Positions 22,814 through 35,781 of a DNA stretch of 64,000 bases are shown in pieces; within the stretch, counting starts at the first letter, position 1, and every line of letters starts with the position of its first letter. The stretch is from Heterodontus francisci. Its lineage: Eukaryota. The DNA lies in the NCBI RefSeq assembly GCF_036365525.1, contig NC_090378.1, positions 32,946,372-33,010,371 of the forward strand, given 5' to 3'. Position numbers and translations under genes: made by a program. The notes below the pieces were generated by a model. It saw only the letters and a list, made by a program, of their open reading frames with translations. It was not told the origin of the DNA and did no database searches.

Positions 22814-25800
22814 GACATAAAGTCATTAGCGTCATAGAAAGGGGCCATTTAGCCCATCGAGTCCATGCCGGTTCTGCGCGCCAGTCAGTCCCACTCCCCT
22901 GCTCGATCCCCGTAGCCCTGCAAGTTTATTTCCTTCAGGTGCTGGTCCAATTTCCTTTTGAAATCATTGATTGTCTTGCTTCAACCACCCTCATGGGCAG
23001 CGACTTCCAGGTCATTACCACTCGCTGCGTAAAAAAAGTTCTTCCTCATGTTCCCCCTGCATCTCTTGCCCAAAACCATCAATCTGCGTCCCCTAGTCCT
23101 TGTACCATGAGTTAAAGAGAACAGTTTTTCCTAGTCTAAATTATCTAAGCCTGTCATAATCTTCTACACCTCGATCAAATCTCCCCTCAATCTCCTTTGT
23201 TTGAGGAAGAACAACCTCAGCTTTTCCAACCTAACCTTGTAACTAAAATCCTCCATTCCCAGAACCATTCTAGTAAGTCTCCTCTGCATCCTGTCAAGGA
23301 CCCTCCCATCCTTCCTAAAGTGTGGTGACCAGGACTGGATGCAGTACTCTAGTTGTGGCCTATCCAGAGCTTTATAAAGGTCATTATAATTTCTCTGCTT
23401 TTGTACTCTATGCCTCTAATTATGAAGCCCAAGATCCCATATGCTTTGCTAACCACTCTCTCAGTATGTCCTGCCACCTATAAAGATTGGAGGGCATGTA
23501 CCCCCAGGTCCCTCTGTTCCTGCACACTCTTTAGAACTGTGCCATTGAGTCTATATTGCCCCACCTATCCCTTCTGCCAGAATACATCACCTCACACTTG
23601 TCTGTATTAAATTCCAACTGCCACTTGCCTGCCCATTCTGCTAGTCTTTCTTTGCCCTGTTGCATTTCATTTGTATCATCCTCATTGTTTGCAACTCTTC
23701 CAAGTTTGGTGGAAAAGCAAATTTTGAAATTCTACTCTGTATTCCAAGATCCAAGCCATTTATATGTAGCAAAAAAAGCAGTGGTCCTAGCACTGACCCT
23801 TGGGGAACGCCACTGTCTACCATCCTCCAGTCTGAAAAACAACCATTTATCACGACTCTCTGTTTTCTGTTATTGAGCCAATTTTTTTATCCAATTAGAC
23901 TCTGACTGTCCTATTCCATGAGCCTCAATTTTGTTAACCAGCCTTTTATGTGGTACTTTGTTGAATGCTTTCTTAAAATCAGTATAGACAACATCCACTG
24001 CATTCCCTTCATCAACCTTCTCCGTTATTACATCAAAAAATTCAGTTAGATTAATCAAGCATGATCTGTCTTCTACCAATCTGTGCTGGCTATCCTTAAT
24101 TAGCTAAAACCTCTCCAAGTGTATGTTGATTTTTTTTCCCCTTGATTATTGTTTCTAAAACCTTACCCACCACTGATGTTAAACTAACTAGCCTGTAGTT
24201 GCTAGGACTGTCCTTACACCCTTTCTTGAATAAGGGTGTCACATTTGCCACTCTCCAATTCTCTGGCACCTCCCCCCACTTCCTTTAGCAACCTGAGATG
24301 CAAGCCATCTGGACCTAGTGACTTAATTATTCTAAGCATAGCCAGCCTTTCCAGTACCTCCTTCCTCTCAATTTGTACCCTATCTATTGCCTCTACTGTC
24401 TCCGCTTCTACCGTATTTTGTCAGATTCCTCTTCTTTAGTAACACCGATACACAATACTCATTAAGTATTCTAGCCTTACCCCGTGCATCTAAGCATTTA
24501 CTACCCTCTTTGTGCCTGAATAGGCCCCATTCCACCTCTTACTGCCTGCTTACTATTTACACGCCGGTGGAAGATTTTTGGGTTCCCTTTTATGTTGACT
24601 GCCATTCTATTCTCATTCTTTCTTTGCCAAACTTATTTTCCTCTTCACCTTCCCTCTCAAATTATTATATTTGGCCTGGTTTTCACCAGGCATGCATCAT
24701 ACACCCTCTTTTTTTGTTTCATCATAATCTCTATCTCCCCCGTCATCTAAGAACCCCTGTTTTTGGTTCCATTACCTTCTGTCCTTGTTGGAATGTACCT
24801 AGCCTGTACTTGAAGCACCTCTTTCTTAAAGATAACCTGTTTTTTCGTTAGTTTTGCTGGAATTTCTTTGGTTCCATTTCACCCTACATCGTTTCTTGCT
24901 TTTCTGCATTCTGTGTCTAAACCTTACAAACGATGATCACTTTTTCCCAAGTGCTCCCCCACAGATACTTGGTCCAGTTGGCCCACCTCATTTTGCAACT
25001 TCAGGTTCAGATTTGCCTCCTTTCTAGTTGGGCCAAGAATATACTGATCAAGGAAGTTCTGTTAAACACAATCCAGAAATTTCTCCCCCTTCTTTCCCTT
25101 TACTCTAAAATTATCCCAATCGATATTTGGGTAATTAAAGTCTCCCAGTATTACCACTCTAGTTCTTGCACATCTCTGATTTCCCTGAAGATTTGCTCCT
25201 CTATCTCTCGCTCATTATTTGGAGGCCTCTAGAATACCCCTTGTAGTGGGTACCTCCTCGAGGACATCCCCTCTTTCCAACACTACATTGTCTTTTCTAA
25301 TCAATACTGCCACCCCACCTCCCTTTCTTCCTTCTCTATCTTTTGTGAACACTTTATATTCTTGTATATTGAGCGCCCTGTCCTCACCATCTTAAACCCA
25401 CGTTTCCGTTATTGGCACTGCATCATATTCCCAGACTGCTGTTTGTGCTTGTAGCTCACCAACTTATTCACTACATTTGGTGCACATATATAATATATAT
25501 ATAGTAATCCTGTCTTTGCATTCCTCATAGCCCTTCTCAGTCTGCTGCTATCTAATATGTAACTATTTCCTTCTCTAGTACTGTCCAACACTCTCACATT
25601 ATGCACCTTATTCCTCCTTTCTACTTCTATATGCTTTTTTTAATATTCATTCGTAGGGTGTGGACATCACTGGCTAGGCCGGCATTTATTGCCCATCCCT
25701 AATTGCCCTTCAGAAGGTGGTGGTGAGCTGCCTTCTTGAACCATTGCAGTCCTTAGGATGTAGGTACACAAACATGCTGGTGCCCATCTCCCTGCCAATT

Positions 25801-27207
25801 TAGTTTAAACCCTCCCCAACTACACTAGTGAACCTCCCAGCAAGGACAATGGTCCCAGCCCTGTTGAGGTGCAACCTGTCCCTTTTGAATCGGTGGCTTC
25901 TGCCCCAGAACGGGTCCCAATGCCCCAAGCATCTGAAGCCCTCCCTCCTGCACCATGCTTCAAGCCACAGATTGATTCTCCCTATCTTCCAATTCTCCTC
26001 ATGCTGCTGCGCAGCACTGGAAGTAATCCAGAGTGTTACGACCAAGGCAGGAGGAGGGCACTGTCTTTTCTAGTTCCACTTCTCCACAGGTCACAACATA
26101 TATGTTTTTAAATGTTTACCCAATTACCAATGCAGTCAGTCATATACTCGTAATCTCAGAATAAAATACATCAACACACATTTCTTTAATAAATAACAAA
26201 ATTACCAGTTTATTATAAAACAAGACTTAACCAGTAATGAAGCAAAGCATTAACACACAGATTGAAATATGAAAGTTCCCATTTTGAAATTAACCACACA
26301 CAAACTCTCAGACACACTGAAAAAAATACAGAAATTCTTTCTGCAGAGGTCTGTTACCAAAAAAAGGACATAAAACTGAATACTTTGGCCAATACTTGCT
26401 AATTCTTAGAAAAAAGAGAATGTCAATTGTCCCTTTTTGGTCAGACGTCCCAAATACGTGTAGATGACTGTCACTGGGATATTTCTAGAGCAGTTCTTTT
26501 CAGGCGACGTTGAGGATCAGTTTGGCTGGTTTTCCAGCAAAAATGCGGCATCAGGAGTTTCTGGAAGACTTTTCAGGAGAAATGCAGCATCAGTTTCTCT
26601 GTTTCTTACACTTGATTCTCAGGGAGTTCTCAAAGAGATGGAAGAGGGTGAGCTGATGGGGCTGCTCTCTTGGCTGGTTTTCTCCAACTTTCTTCATAAC
26701 AGTTCACGCCCCAAAACATTGTCCAAAGCGAAACCAAAAACAATATCTCGAGAGTTAAGCCTCCGGACCCCTATAAATCTTGACCTGTCACTTCTCTGTC
26801 AACATCTTCTCCAGGTCACCAAGGTTTCTGTTTATTGCTTAAAGCACATGACTTCCAGCAAGGCTGTTTTTAAACAACATCTCAGTGTCCTTTCAATGAA
26901 CAGTTAACGACAAAGCAAAGCCTAGCTTCTATGAAATCTTCAGCCTTCCCGTGAATCCATCTTCACAATTTAAATATAAGTCCTCAAAAACATATACTGA
27001 ACAAAAAATATAGAAGCTCTTTCATAACGAGATTACTACCTTCGCGTTCCTACTCTTTAACTTCCTCCCTAGCTCCTGAAAATCTGAATGTAGGACCTCA
27101 ATACCTGCCCTTGCTATGTCATTGGTACCAATGTGTGCCACAACCTCTGGCTCATTTCCTTCCCTCTGCACAATATCCAGTACCCTTTCGGTGATGTCCT
27201 TTACCAG
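22814..27207 (-). mobile_element. Decayed near full-length CR1 LINE (ORF1 SGNH esterase + ORF2) inside Penelope
   Basis: SGVPQGSVLGPLLF, DVVYTDFKKAFNKVPHKRL; ORF1 motifs VVAHIGTNDI and FKRDRLHLNRAG. Confidence 0.85.
26034..27028 (-). mobile_element. Solo LTR inserted in CR1 ORF1
   Basis: tgttacgacc...tcataac; interrupts CR1 gtaatccagag|attactacc with gag duplicated; related to 6041-6920. Confidence 0.8.
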
Positions 27208-27525
27208 GGAGGCAAGGGAAGAGAAGAGTTGGCCATGTGCAGGCGAGAGAAAGATGGAAATTGGAAACAAAGTTGTTGAAATTTTCCAGAAAAATGCGAG
27301 AGCAGGAAATGGCACCAATACAGTCATCAATGTACTGGACTGGTCTGGCGGCGAGTATTTCCAGTATTTTCTGTGTTTATTTCAGATTTCCAGCATCCAT
27401 AGTATTTTGCTCTTGTATCAGCCCTTGTTGATGCTTGGCTAAAGTTGTGAATCTATTCATATTGAAGGAAAATCTTTTCTATGGCTCCCGATATAGAGGT
27501 CTTCTTTGACCCCTTCCATCAGTTT

Positions 27526-29631
27526 TTTTTTAATTCCTTCATGGGAAGTGGTGTCACTGATAAGGCCAGCATTTATTGCCCATCCCTAATTACCCTTGAG
27601 AAGGTGGTGGTGAGCTGCCTTCTTGAACTCCTGCAGTCCATGTGAGATAGGTACACCTACAGTGCTGTTAGGAAGGGAGTTCCAGGATTTTGACCCAACG
27701 ACAGTGAAGGAACGGTGATCTCGTTCCAAGTCAGGATGGTGTGTGGCTTGGAGGGGAACTTACAGGTGGACGTGCTCCCATGCAACTGCTGCCCTTGTCC
27801 TTCTCGGTGGTAGAGGTCGCTGGTTTGGAAGGTGCTGTCTTAGGAGCCATGGTGCATTGCTGCAGTGCATCTTGTAGATGATGCACACTGCTCCACTGTT
27901 AGTCGGTGGGGAAGGGAGTGAATGTTTCTGGATGGGGTGCTAATCAAGTGGGCTGCTTTGCCCTGGATGGTGTCGAGCTTCTTGAGTGTTGTTGGAGCTG
28001 CACTCATCTAGGCAAGTGGAGAGTATTCCATCACACTCCTGACTTGTGCCTTGTAGTTGGTGGCTTTGGGGTGTCAGGAGGTGTTATTTGCTGCAGGATT
28101 CCTAGCCTCTGACCTGCTCTTGTAGCGACGGTATTTATATGGCTGCTCCAGTTCAGTTTCTGGTCAATGGTAACCGCCAGGATGTTGATAGTGGGGCATT
28201 CAGTGATGGTAATGCCATTGAATGTCATGGGGAGATGGTTAGATTCTCTTTTGTTGGAGCTGGTCATTGCCTGGCACTTGTGTGGTGCAAATGTTACTTG
28301 CCACTTATCAGCCCAAGCCTGGATATTATTCAGGTCTTGCTGCATTTCTACACGGACTGCTTCAGTATCTGAGGAATTGTGAATCATGCTGAACATTGTG
28401 TAATCATCAGCAACCATCCCCACTTCTGACCTCTGCGCAAGGTATGACTCCAACCAGCGGAGGGTTTTCCCCCAATTGCCATTGACTCCAGTTTAGCTAG
28501 GGCTCCTTGATGCCATACTCAGTCAAATGCTGTCCTGATGTCAAAGGCAGTCACTCTCACCTCACCTCTTGAGTTCAGCTTTTTTGTCCACGTTTGAACC
28601 AAGGCTGGAATGAAGTCAGTAGCTGAGTGGCCCTGGCAGAACTAAACTGAGCGTCACTGAGCAGGTTATTGCTGAGCAAGTATCACTTGATGGCACTATC
28701 GGCGGCATCTTCCATCACTTTGCTGATGATTGGGAGTAGACTGGTGGGGTGGTAATTTGCTGGGTTGTATTTGTCCTGCTTTTTGTGAACAGGACATACC
28801 TGGGCAATTTTCCACATTGCTGGATAGATGCCAGTGTTGTTGCTGGACTGGAACAGCTTAGCTAAGGGGCGCGGCTAGTTCTGTAGCACATGTCTCCAGT
28901 ACTATTGCTGGAATGTTGTTGGGGCCCGTAGCCTTTGCAGTATCCAGTACCTTCTGTCATTTCTTGATATCACGCGGAGTGTATTGAATTGGCTGAAGAG
29001 TGGCATCTGTGATGCAGGGGACTTCAGCGAGAGGCAGAGATGGATCATCCACTCGGCACTTCTGGCTGAAGATGGATGCAAATGCTTCAGCCTTATCTTT
29101 TGCACTGATGTGCTGGGCTTCCCCGTCATTGAGGTTGGGGAGATTTGTGGAGCCACCCCCTCCGGTCAGTTGTTTAATTGTTCACCACCATTCACGACTG
29201 GACGTGGCAGGACTGCAGAGCTTGGATCTGATCCGTTGGTTGTGGGATCACTTAGGTCTGCATATCGCATGCTGCTTCCGCGGTTTGGTACGCAAGTAGT
29301 CCTGTGTTGTAGCTTCACCCGGTTGACAGTTTATTTTGAGGTATGCCTGGTGCTGCTCTTGGCATGCCCTCCTGCACTCTTCACTGAACCAGGGTTGATC
29401 CCCCAGCTTGATGGTAAGGGTAGAGTGGGGGATATGCCGGGCCATGATGTTACAGATTGTGGTTGAATACAGTTCTGCTGCTGCTGATGGCCCACAGCGC
29501 CTCATGGATGCCCAGTTTTGCGTTGCTGATCTGTTTTGAATCTATCCCATTTAGCACAGTGGATGTGCCACACAACATGACGGAGAGTATCCTCAATGTG
29601 CAGATGGGACTTTGTCTCCACAAGAACTGTG
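27526..29631 (-). mobile_element. CR1/Jockey-group LINE (family of 14297), antisense, ending just upstream of the exon acceptor
   Basis: Minus-strand RT motifs (EVGMVADD, AWADKWQVTF); polyT at ~27524. Confidence 0.9.
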
Positions 29632-29664
29632 CATTTAATTAGGTGTTCTTTAATTGATTTCTAG

Positions 29665-29806
29665 GTTATAGAATTTGATGATGGCACTGGATCAGTGCTT
29701 CGAATTCAACCACTAAGGGCACCACGAGATGAAGCAATTTATGAATGCACAGCAACTAATAGTATTGGGGACATAACGACAAGTGCCAAACTAACAGTAC
29801 TAGCAG
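29665..29806 (+). CDS. PTPRF: Next coding exon of PTPRF (Ig1 C-terminal half)
   Basis: tttctag|GTT...GCAG|gtaaga; 142 nt, phase 0 to 1. [47 protein letters not shown]; CTATNS favours PTPRF over PTPRD/PTPRS. Confidence 0.95.
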
Positions 29807-30318
29807 GTAAGAACTTTGTTTTATGTTTGTGCTGTAGTACTTAATTTATTAATGCAACTTTGAATCTTATTATGGCATCAATAGATGCAGTATCTCACTG
29901 TAGTTCAGTTGTTAACATGACACGGGGCACATGTGTAGAGATGTGAGTGGTCAGTTAAAAAGAAAATATTTCACTTGGTATGATAATGTGGAGTTATACA
30001 GAACTAAAAAGAGGCCAGCTTATTAAAGACAGAAATTAATGTCGTGAAAGCAATGAGCGATCTTGCAGCAGGAGCATCCATTCATTTTGCAAACTGTTCA
30101 GCCTGCACTGATCACCCAGGTATCTAAAGCTATATTGACCTCAATGATTGCATGGAGCTGACCTCTATTATTCAATGCCCCTCTGAGAATTGTTTTTTTC
30201 CAGTGATGGGTTCATTGATTTGAATGTGTGAGCTTATACTAAGAATTTGGATTCATTGCATGAAGTCTACATGAACATGTATGGAGTTAGCATGCAGACG
30301 TATTGCATATGTATATAT

Positions 30319-30628
30319 GTCATAGTCATAGTCATAGAGATACAGCACTGAAACAGGCCCTTCGGTTGTGCTGACCAACAACCACCCATTTATACTAACC
30401 CTACAGTAATCCCATATTCCCTACCACCTACCTACACTAGGGGCAATTTATAATGGCCAATTTACCTAACAACCTGCAAGTCTTTGGCTGTGGGAGGAAA
30501 CCAGAGCACCCGGCGAAAACCCACACGGTCACAGGGAGAACTTGCAAACTCCGCACAGGCAGTGCCCAGAATCAAACCCAGGTTGCTGGAGCTGTGAGGC
30601 TGCAGTGCTAACCACTGCGCCACTGTGC
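30319..30628 (-). mobile_element. HE1-like V-SINE
   Basis: Reverse complement of head and tail; (gtcata)n at the tail. Confidence 0.9.
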
Positions 30629-30739
30629 TGCACTGTAGTTTCCCTTGTATTGTTTCATACTGAGAGGTTTTGGTATACAGGGTAGCATGCTTTGGATGAC
30701 ATTGGATAGACCACAGAGATACATTTGAAATATATTTCT

Positions 30740-31500
30740 CAAGCAATTACACCATGTCACCGACTCCATCCTTCTCCCTGGCAACTGACTGAGACTGAAC
30801 CAAACCATCCACAATCTTTGTGTCGCATTTGATCCAGAGATGAGCTTGTGGCCATATATTCGCTCCATCAGCAAGACCACCTATTTCCACTTCCATAACG
30901 CCGCCTGAATCTGCTGCTGCCTCAGCTAATCAGCTGCTGAAACCCTCATACATGTCCTTGTTACCTCTAGACTTGACTATTCCAATGCTCTCCTGGCCTG
31001 CCTCCCACCTTGCACCCTACATGAACTTGAAGCCATTCAAAATTTTGTTGCTGGTATCCTTACTCCCACCAAGTCTTGTCATCTATCACTCCTATGATTG
31101 CTGACCTACATTGACACCCGGTCAGGCTACAACTGAATTTTAACATTCTCATCCTTGTTTACAAATCTCTCTCGCCCTTCCCTATCTCTAGCCCTACTAC
31201 CTTCAAGATCTCTGTGCTCCTCCAGTTCTGACTTCCTGAGCATTCCTAATTTTAATTGCTCCATCATTGGCAGCCATACCTTCAGCTGCCTAGGCCCTAA
31301 GCTATGGAATTCACTCTCTAAATCTCTCTGCTTCTCTCTTTAAGATGCTTCTTCGAACCTGCCTCTATGACCAAGCTTTTAGCCATCTGTCCTAATATCT
31401 CCTTATGTGGCTTGGTGCCACATTTTGTTTGATAACGCTCTTTGAAGCATTTTGGGATATTTTACTATGTTCAAGGCGCTATGTAAGTGCAAGTTGTCTT
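30740..31500 (+). mobile_element. L2 LINE 3' fragment
   Basis: ttgttacctctagacttgactattccaatgctctcctgg (LVTSRLDYSNALL); tail aaggcgctatgtaagtgcaagttgt. Confidence 0.75.
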
Positions 31501-32638
31501 TGCTTGTGGATTAAAATGATATTTGTTTTGAGTTTTTGCAAATTTACTTCAATTAAAAGCAATACCTATCAATAGTTAGCAAGAGCAAAAATAAACAACA
31601 GATTAGTCAGCATTTATAAAGAAAAAAGTACACTGAACATTCCAGGTGTAAAGCTTTATGGAGTTCAATGGGGTATAGAGTAAATGCAATGTGTTTAAAG
31701 CATTTGCAGTTCTTTTTTCTTTTTCTTTCATACAGTAACATCCTTTTTGTTACCTTCATTCTGGGACTGGTTTGAAAAGCAGACATTTTACTCCTTTTAT
31801 GCAACATGTTGGTGATTCTCCTTAGTCGACATTTGGTCAACTCTTTACTGCCATTTGACTAAAAGCATTCCATTTAACTCAAGGATTTAGAATTTAAGTT
31901 CAAAGCATTGCTGAAGTGAATAACAACTGTACTGTATTTGCATTAAAAAGTATAATTTTTTCATGAACTTGCATTAGTTTTGTCGTTTAAGAGTTTCACC
32001 TGCAGTTACTTGCTTTTCTGAAGAGACTGAATAAAATGAGGAAGTCAAGATGGATACAATGAAGAAGGCCATTTGCTCACTGTATTCAAGAAGAAATACA
32101 GTCCCCAATTGTAGCATCTAACTGTTAAATATTAAGTCTGGTATCCTACCCAAAAGTCTATTCAGCCATTGATCATTTTTTGTGTTAGTATTTGAACTTG
32201 TGCCTCCTTCTTCAGAGTTTCTCCTGTATTTCTGCATAACTCAGCCTTCAGATACTCGGGATCATTCTTATAATTTTTTTTCTCTCTACTTGAAAGTCTC
32301 TTTTGTGTCCATGTAGCTAGGACTGAAACAGCACTCTGATAACAAAAGCAAAATACCATGGATGCTGGAAATCTGAAACTAAAACAGAAAATGCTGGAAA
32401 TACTCAGGTCAGGCAGCATCTGCGAAGAGAGAAACAGTTAATGTTTCCATGATGTATCGCCAGAACTGGAACAAGTTAGTAATGTTTCAGTTTTTAAGCA
32501 AGCGTAGAGGCAGGGAAAAGTAGCAGGGGTGAGTGGCAGGGTAGGAATGAACAAACAACAACTACTTATATTTATATAGTGCCTTCAACGTAATAAAACG
32601 TCCCAAGGTGCTTCACAGCAACATTATAAAACAAAATG

Positions 32639-33806
32639 CAAAGTGATTCCTGACAACGCAGTGGCCCACTGACGTCATCAGAGTGCGCCAACGTCATCGC
32701 GTATCTGTGCAGCTACAGCTTGTCAGGACTAAGTGGCGCATGCACGGGATGATGTCATCACACAGCACCGACGTCATCGCGTAACTGCGCCTGGTTCATC
32801 TTCACACATGCGCTATAAAGTGTCATCGGGTATCCACCCCCCACTCGGTTGGAGGAAGCGGCTGAATAGGAGACTTTGAGGCTGGAGCTCTCCCTCCTCA
32901 GCAACTCGCTCCAGGCCTCGACACTTCCTGCCCTCAGCCACTCGCACCAGACCTCACTGCTCCCCCCCCACCACCACCACCACCACCCCCCCCAACTCCC
33001 CTAGCCCCCTAGCCAATTGTTCCTCGCTTCGCGTCACCCCGCTGTCCGGCCGCTCGCTTCCCCTCACCTGCAGCCGCTAGCTCTAGGCCGCGCCACTTCC
33101 CTTCTCTCAGCCACCCGCTCCTACGTCGCCCCGTCACCTTGTGTGACCCGCCAGCCCTTGCAACCTGCCTTGCTTCTTCAGGTGGCGCGTGGAGACTGAT
33201 CAAGCGTGGGAGCGAGTGGCCGAGAGGAGGGAAGCGGTGCGGCCTCGAGCTAGCGGCTGGAGGTGGTGGGGGGGTGAGGGAAGCAAGCAGCCGGAGAGCG
33301 GGGTGGCGCGAGCGGGGAACGAGTTGGGGTGGGGTGGGGGTGGGGAGAGCAGCCAGTAGGGTGGGAGCTAGTAGTCGGGTGAAATCTGTGCTGCTCAGTC
33401 ATATAAACGAATCACAATAACAACTTGGCAGCGCATTTTATACTCTGCCCGATTTTCATTTCCATCGATCGGGGTGCCAATTCACTAACTTCCAATGGAA
33501 ATTCAATCATAAAATTCCTTTTGTATTTAATAGGATTACTGGAATATTAAATGGATCTGATGATTACAGTTAGTATCCTATAACTACATAGTAGCATATT
33601 ACTGGGCTTCCATCCAACTCAATGTAAGGTTAGTTTGCTAAAACGATCTCGCCATAAGCATTTCCTGCGATAAATTGAGCAGTGCCATCTTTAATCCTGG
33701 CAGCTGCCTGAACGTTGCAGACATTGACGTTCCAGTTGAATAGCCTCCATTTGCGCATGTGCAAGTACTGCGCCACCTAGTGATTGTGTTGTCAGCAAAC
33801 ACAGCC
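32639..33806 (+). mobile_element. Unclassified non-autonomous DNA element, copy B
   Basis: caaagtgattcCTGACAACGCAG...tgtgttgtcagcaaacacagcc; degenerate 9-bp TSD aacaaaatg / aataaaata; cleanly splits the L2 tail. Confidence 0.85.
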
Positions 33807-35781
33807 AATAAAATATGACATCAAGCCACGTAAGGAGATATTAGGTCTCGTGGCCAAAGAGGTAGCTATTAAAGAGCGTCTTAAAGGAGGAAAGCGAGGC
33901 AAAGAGGTGTAGAGAGGGAATTCCAGATCTTGGGACCTAGGCAACTGAAGGCTTGGCTACCAGTGGTGGAGCAATTAAAATCGGGGATGCTCAAGAGGCC
34001 AGAATTAGACGAGCACAGATATCTCGCATGGTTGTGCGGCTGAGGAGATTACAAAGATAGGGAGGGGCGAGGCCTTGGAGGGATTCGAAAACAAGGATGA
34101 GAATTTTAAAATCAAAACATCGCTTGACCAGGAGCCATTGTAGGTCAGCAAACACAACGGGTGATTGGTGAATGGGACTTGGTGTGAGTTAAGACATGGG
34201 CAGATTTTTGTATGACCACAATTTTACAGAGGGTAGAATGTGGAACACCTGCCAGGAGTGCCTTAGAATAGTCAAGTCTAGCGGTAACAAAGGCATGAAT
34301 GAGGTTGTCAGATGAGCTGAGATGGAGTGAAGTCAGCTGATACGGAGGTGGAAATGGATAGTCTTAGTGATGGCACCAGTTTGAGGTCGGAAGCACATCT
34401 CAGGGTTAAATGTGACACAAAAGTTGCGAACAGACTGGCTTAATTTCAGAGAGGGTTGGAGTCTAACCAGGGAACGGAGTTTGGAACGGGGACTGAAAAT
34501 AATGGCTTCAGTCTTGCCAATATTTAATTGAAGGAAATTTCTGTTCATCCAGTACTGGATGTCTGATAAGCAGTCTGATAATTCAGTAACAGTGGAGGAG
34601 TTCAAAGAGGTGGTGGTAAGGTAGAGCTGGGTGTCATCAGCGTATATGTGAAAACACTGTGCTTTCAGATGTTGTCGCTGAGGGGCAGCATGTAGATGAG
34701 AAATAAGAGGGGGTCAAGGATAGATCCTTATGGGACACCATAGCTAACGGTGCAGGAGCCAGAAAAGAAGCCAATGCAAGTGTTATTCTGGCTACGATTA
34801 GATAGATAAGAATGGAGCCAGGTGAGAGCAATACCACCCAGCTGGACGACAGTGGCGATGTATTGGAGGAGGATGGTGTGGTCAGCCGTGTCAAAGGCTG
34901 AAGACAGATTGAGAAGGACAAGGAGTTTATCTTTGTTGCAATCACAGAGGATGCCATTTGTGACTTTGATAGCTGTTTTGGTACTGTGGCAGGGTCAGAA
35001 ACCTGATTGGAGGGATTCAAGCATGGAGTTTCAGGAAAGATGGGAACGAATTTGGGAGGCGACAACACATTCAAGGACTTTCATGAGAAAAGGGAGGTTG
35101 GAGATGGGACGGAAGTTTGCAAGGATGGTGGAGTCGAGGGTTTTTTTTGAGGAGGGGAGATGATGGCAGATTTAAAGGAGAGAGGGACAACACCTGAAGA
35201 GAGAGAACCATCAACAATATCTGCTAACATGGGGACCAACAGGGGAATTTGGGCTGGTGGTAGTTTAGTGGGAATAGGGTCAAGGGAGCAGGAGGTGGGT
35301 CTCATGAACACGATGAGCTCAAAGAGGGCATGAGAGGAGATAGGAGAGAAAATAGAGCAAGATGAGAGTTTAGGACAACAGCAGGGGTGAGCATTAGAGG
35401 AAGTTTGGCCTGGTAGGCTAGTGGAAGGGAGGGATGTGACAGAGGCAGCTGATCGGATGGTCTCAATCTTGGCGATATAGAAGTCCACGAGCTCCTCGCA
35501 CTTATTGTTTGAAGGGATGGGGAGAGGGGTTTAAGAAGATGGTTTGTAGTAGAGAAAAGAAGTTGCAGGGGTGGGGGGAGAGGTTATCTTTGTATTCCAG
35601 GATGATCCTGGAATAGTGAGCATTTGTAGCAGGCGAGAGCAGGACCCGCTTGTGTTTTATTGGTCCAGCCAGTTGTTCATCATATCCTTTTAAGTCTGCA
35701 TCCCTTGGACTTAAAAGAGGGGAAATGAGGGCCGTACCAGGGAAAACAACAGAATGAGAGAGAGCAGTGGTTTTATTAGGA

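Larger units (their letters stand above)
21570..27419 (-). mobile_element. Penelope-like element (GIY-YIG + RT remnant) with inverted terminus, split by nested insertions
   Basis: FNLVYCIRCLQCGQFYIRETKRRLGDCFVKHLRSV (21953-22300); pLTR at 21570 and inverted pLTR at ~27350-27419; 13-bp TSD agcccttgttgat (21557-21569 / 27420-27432). Confidence 0.85.
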
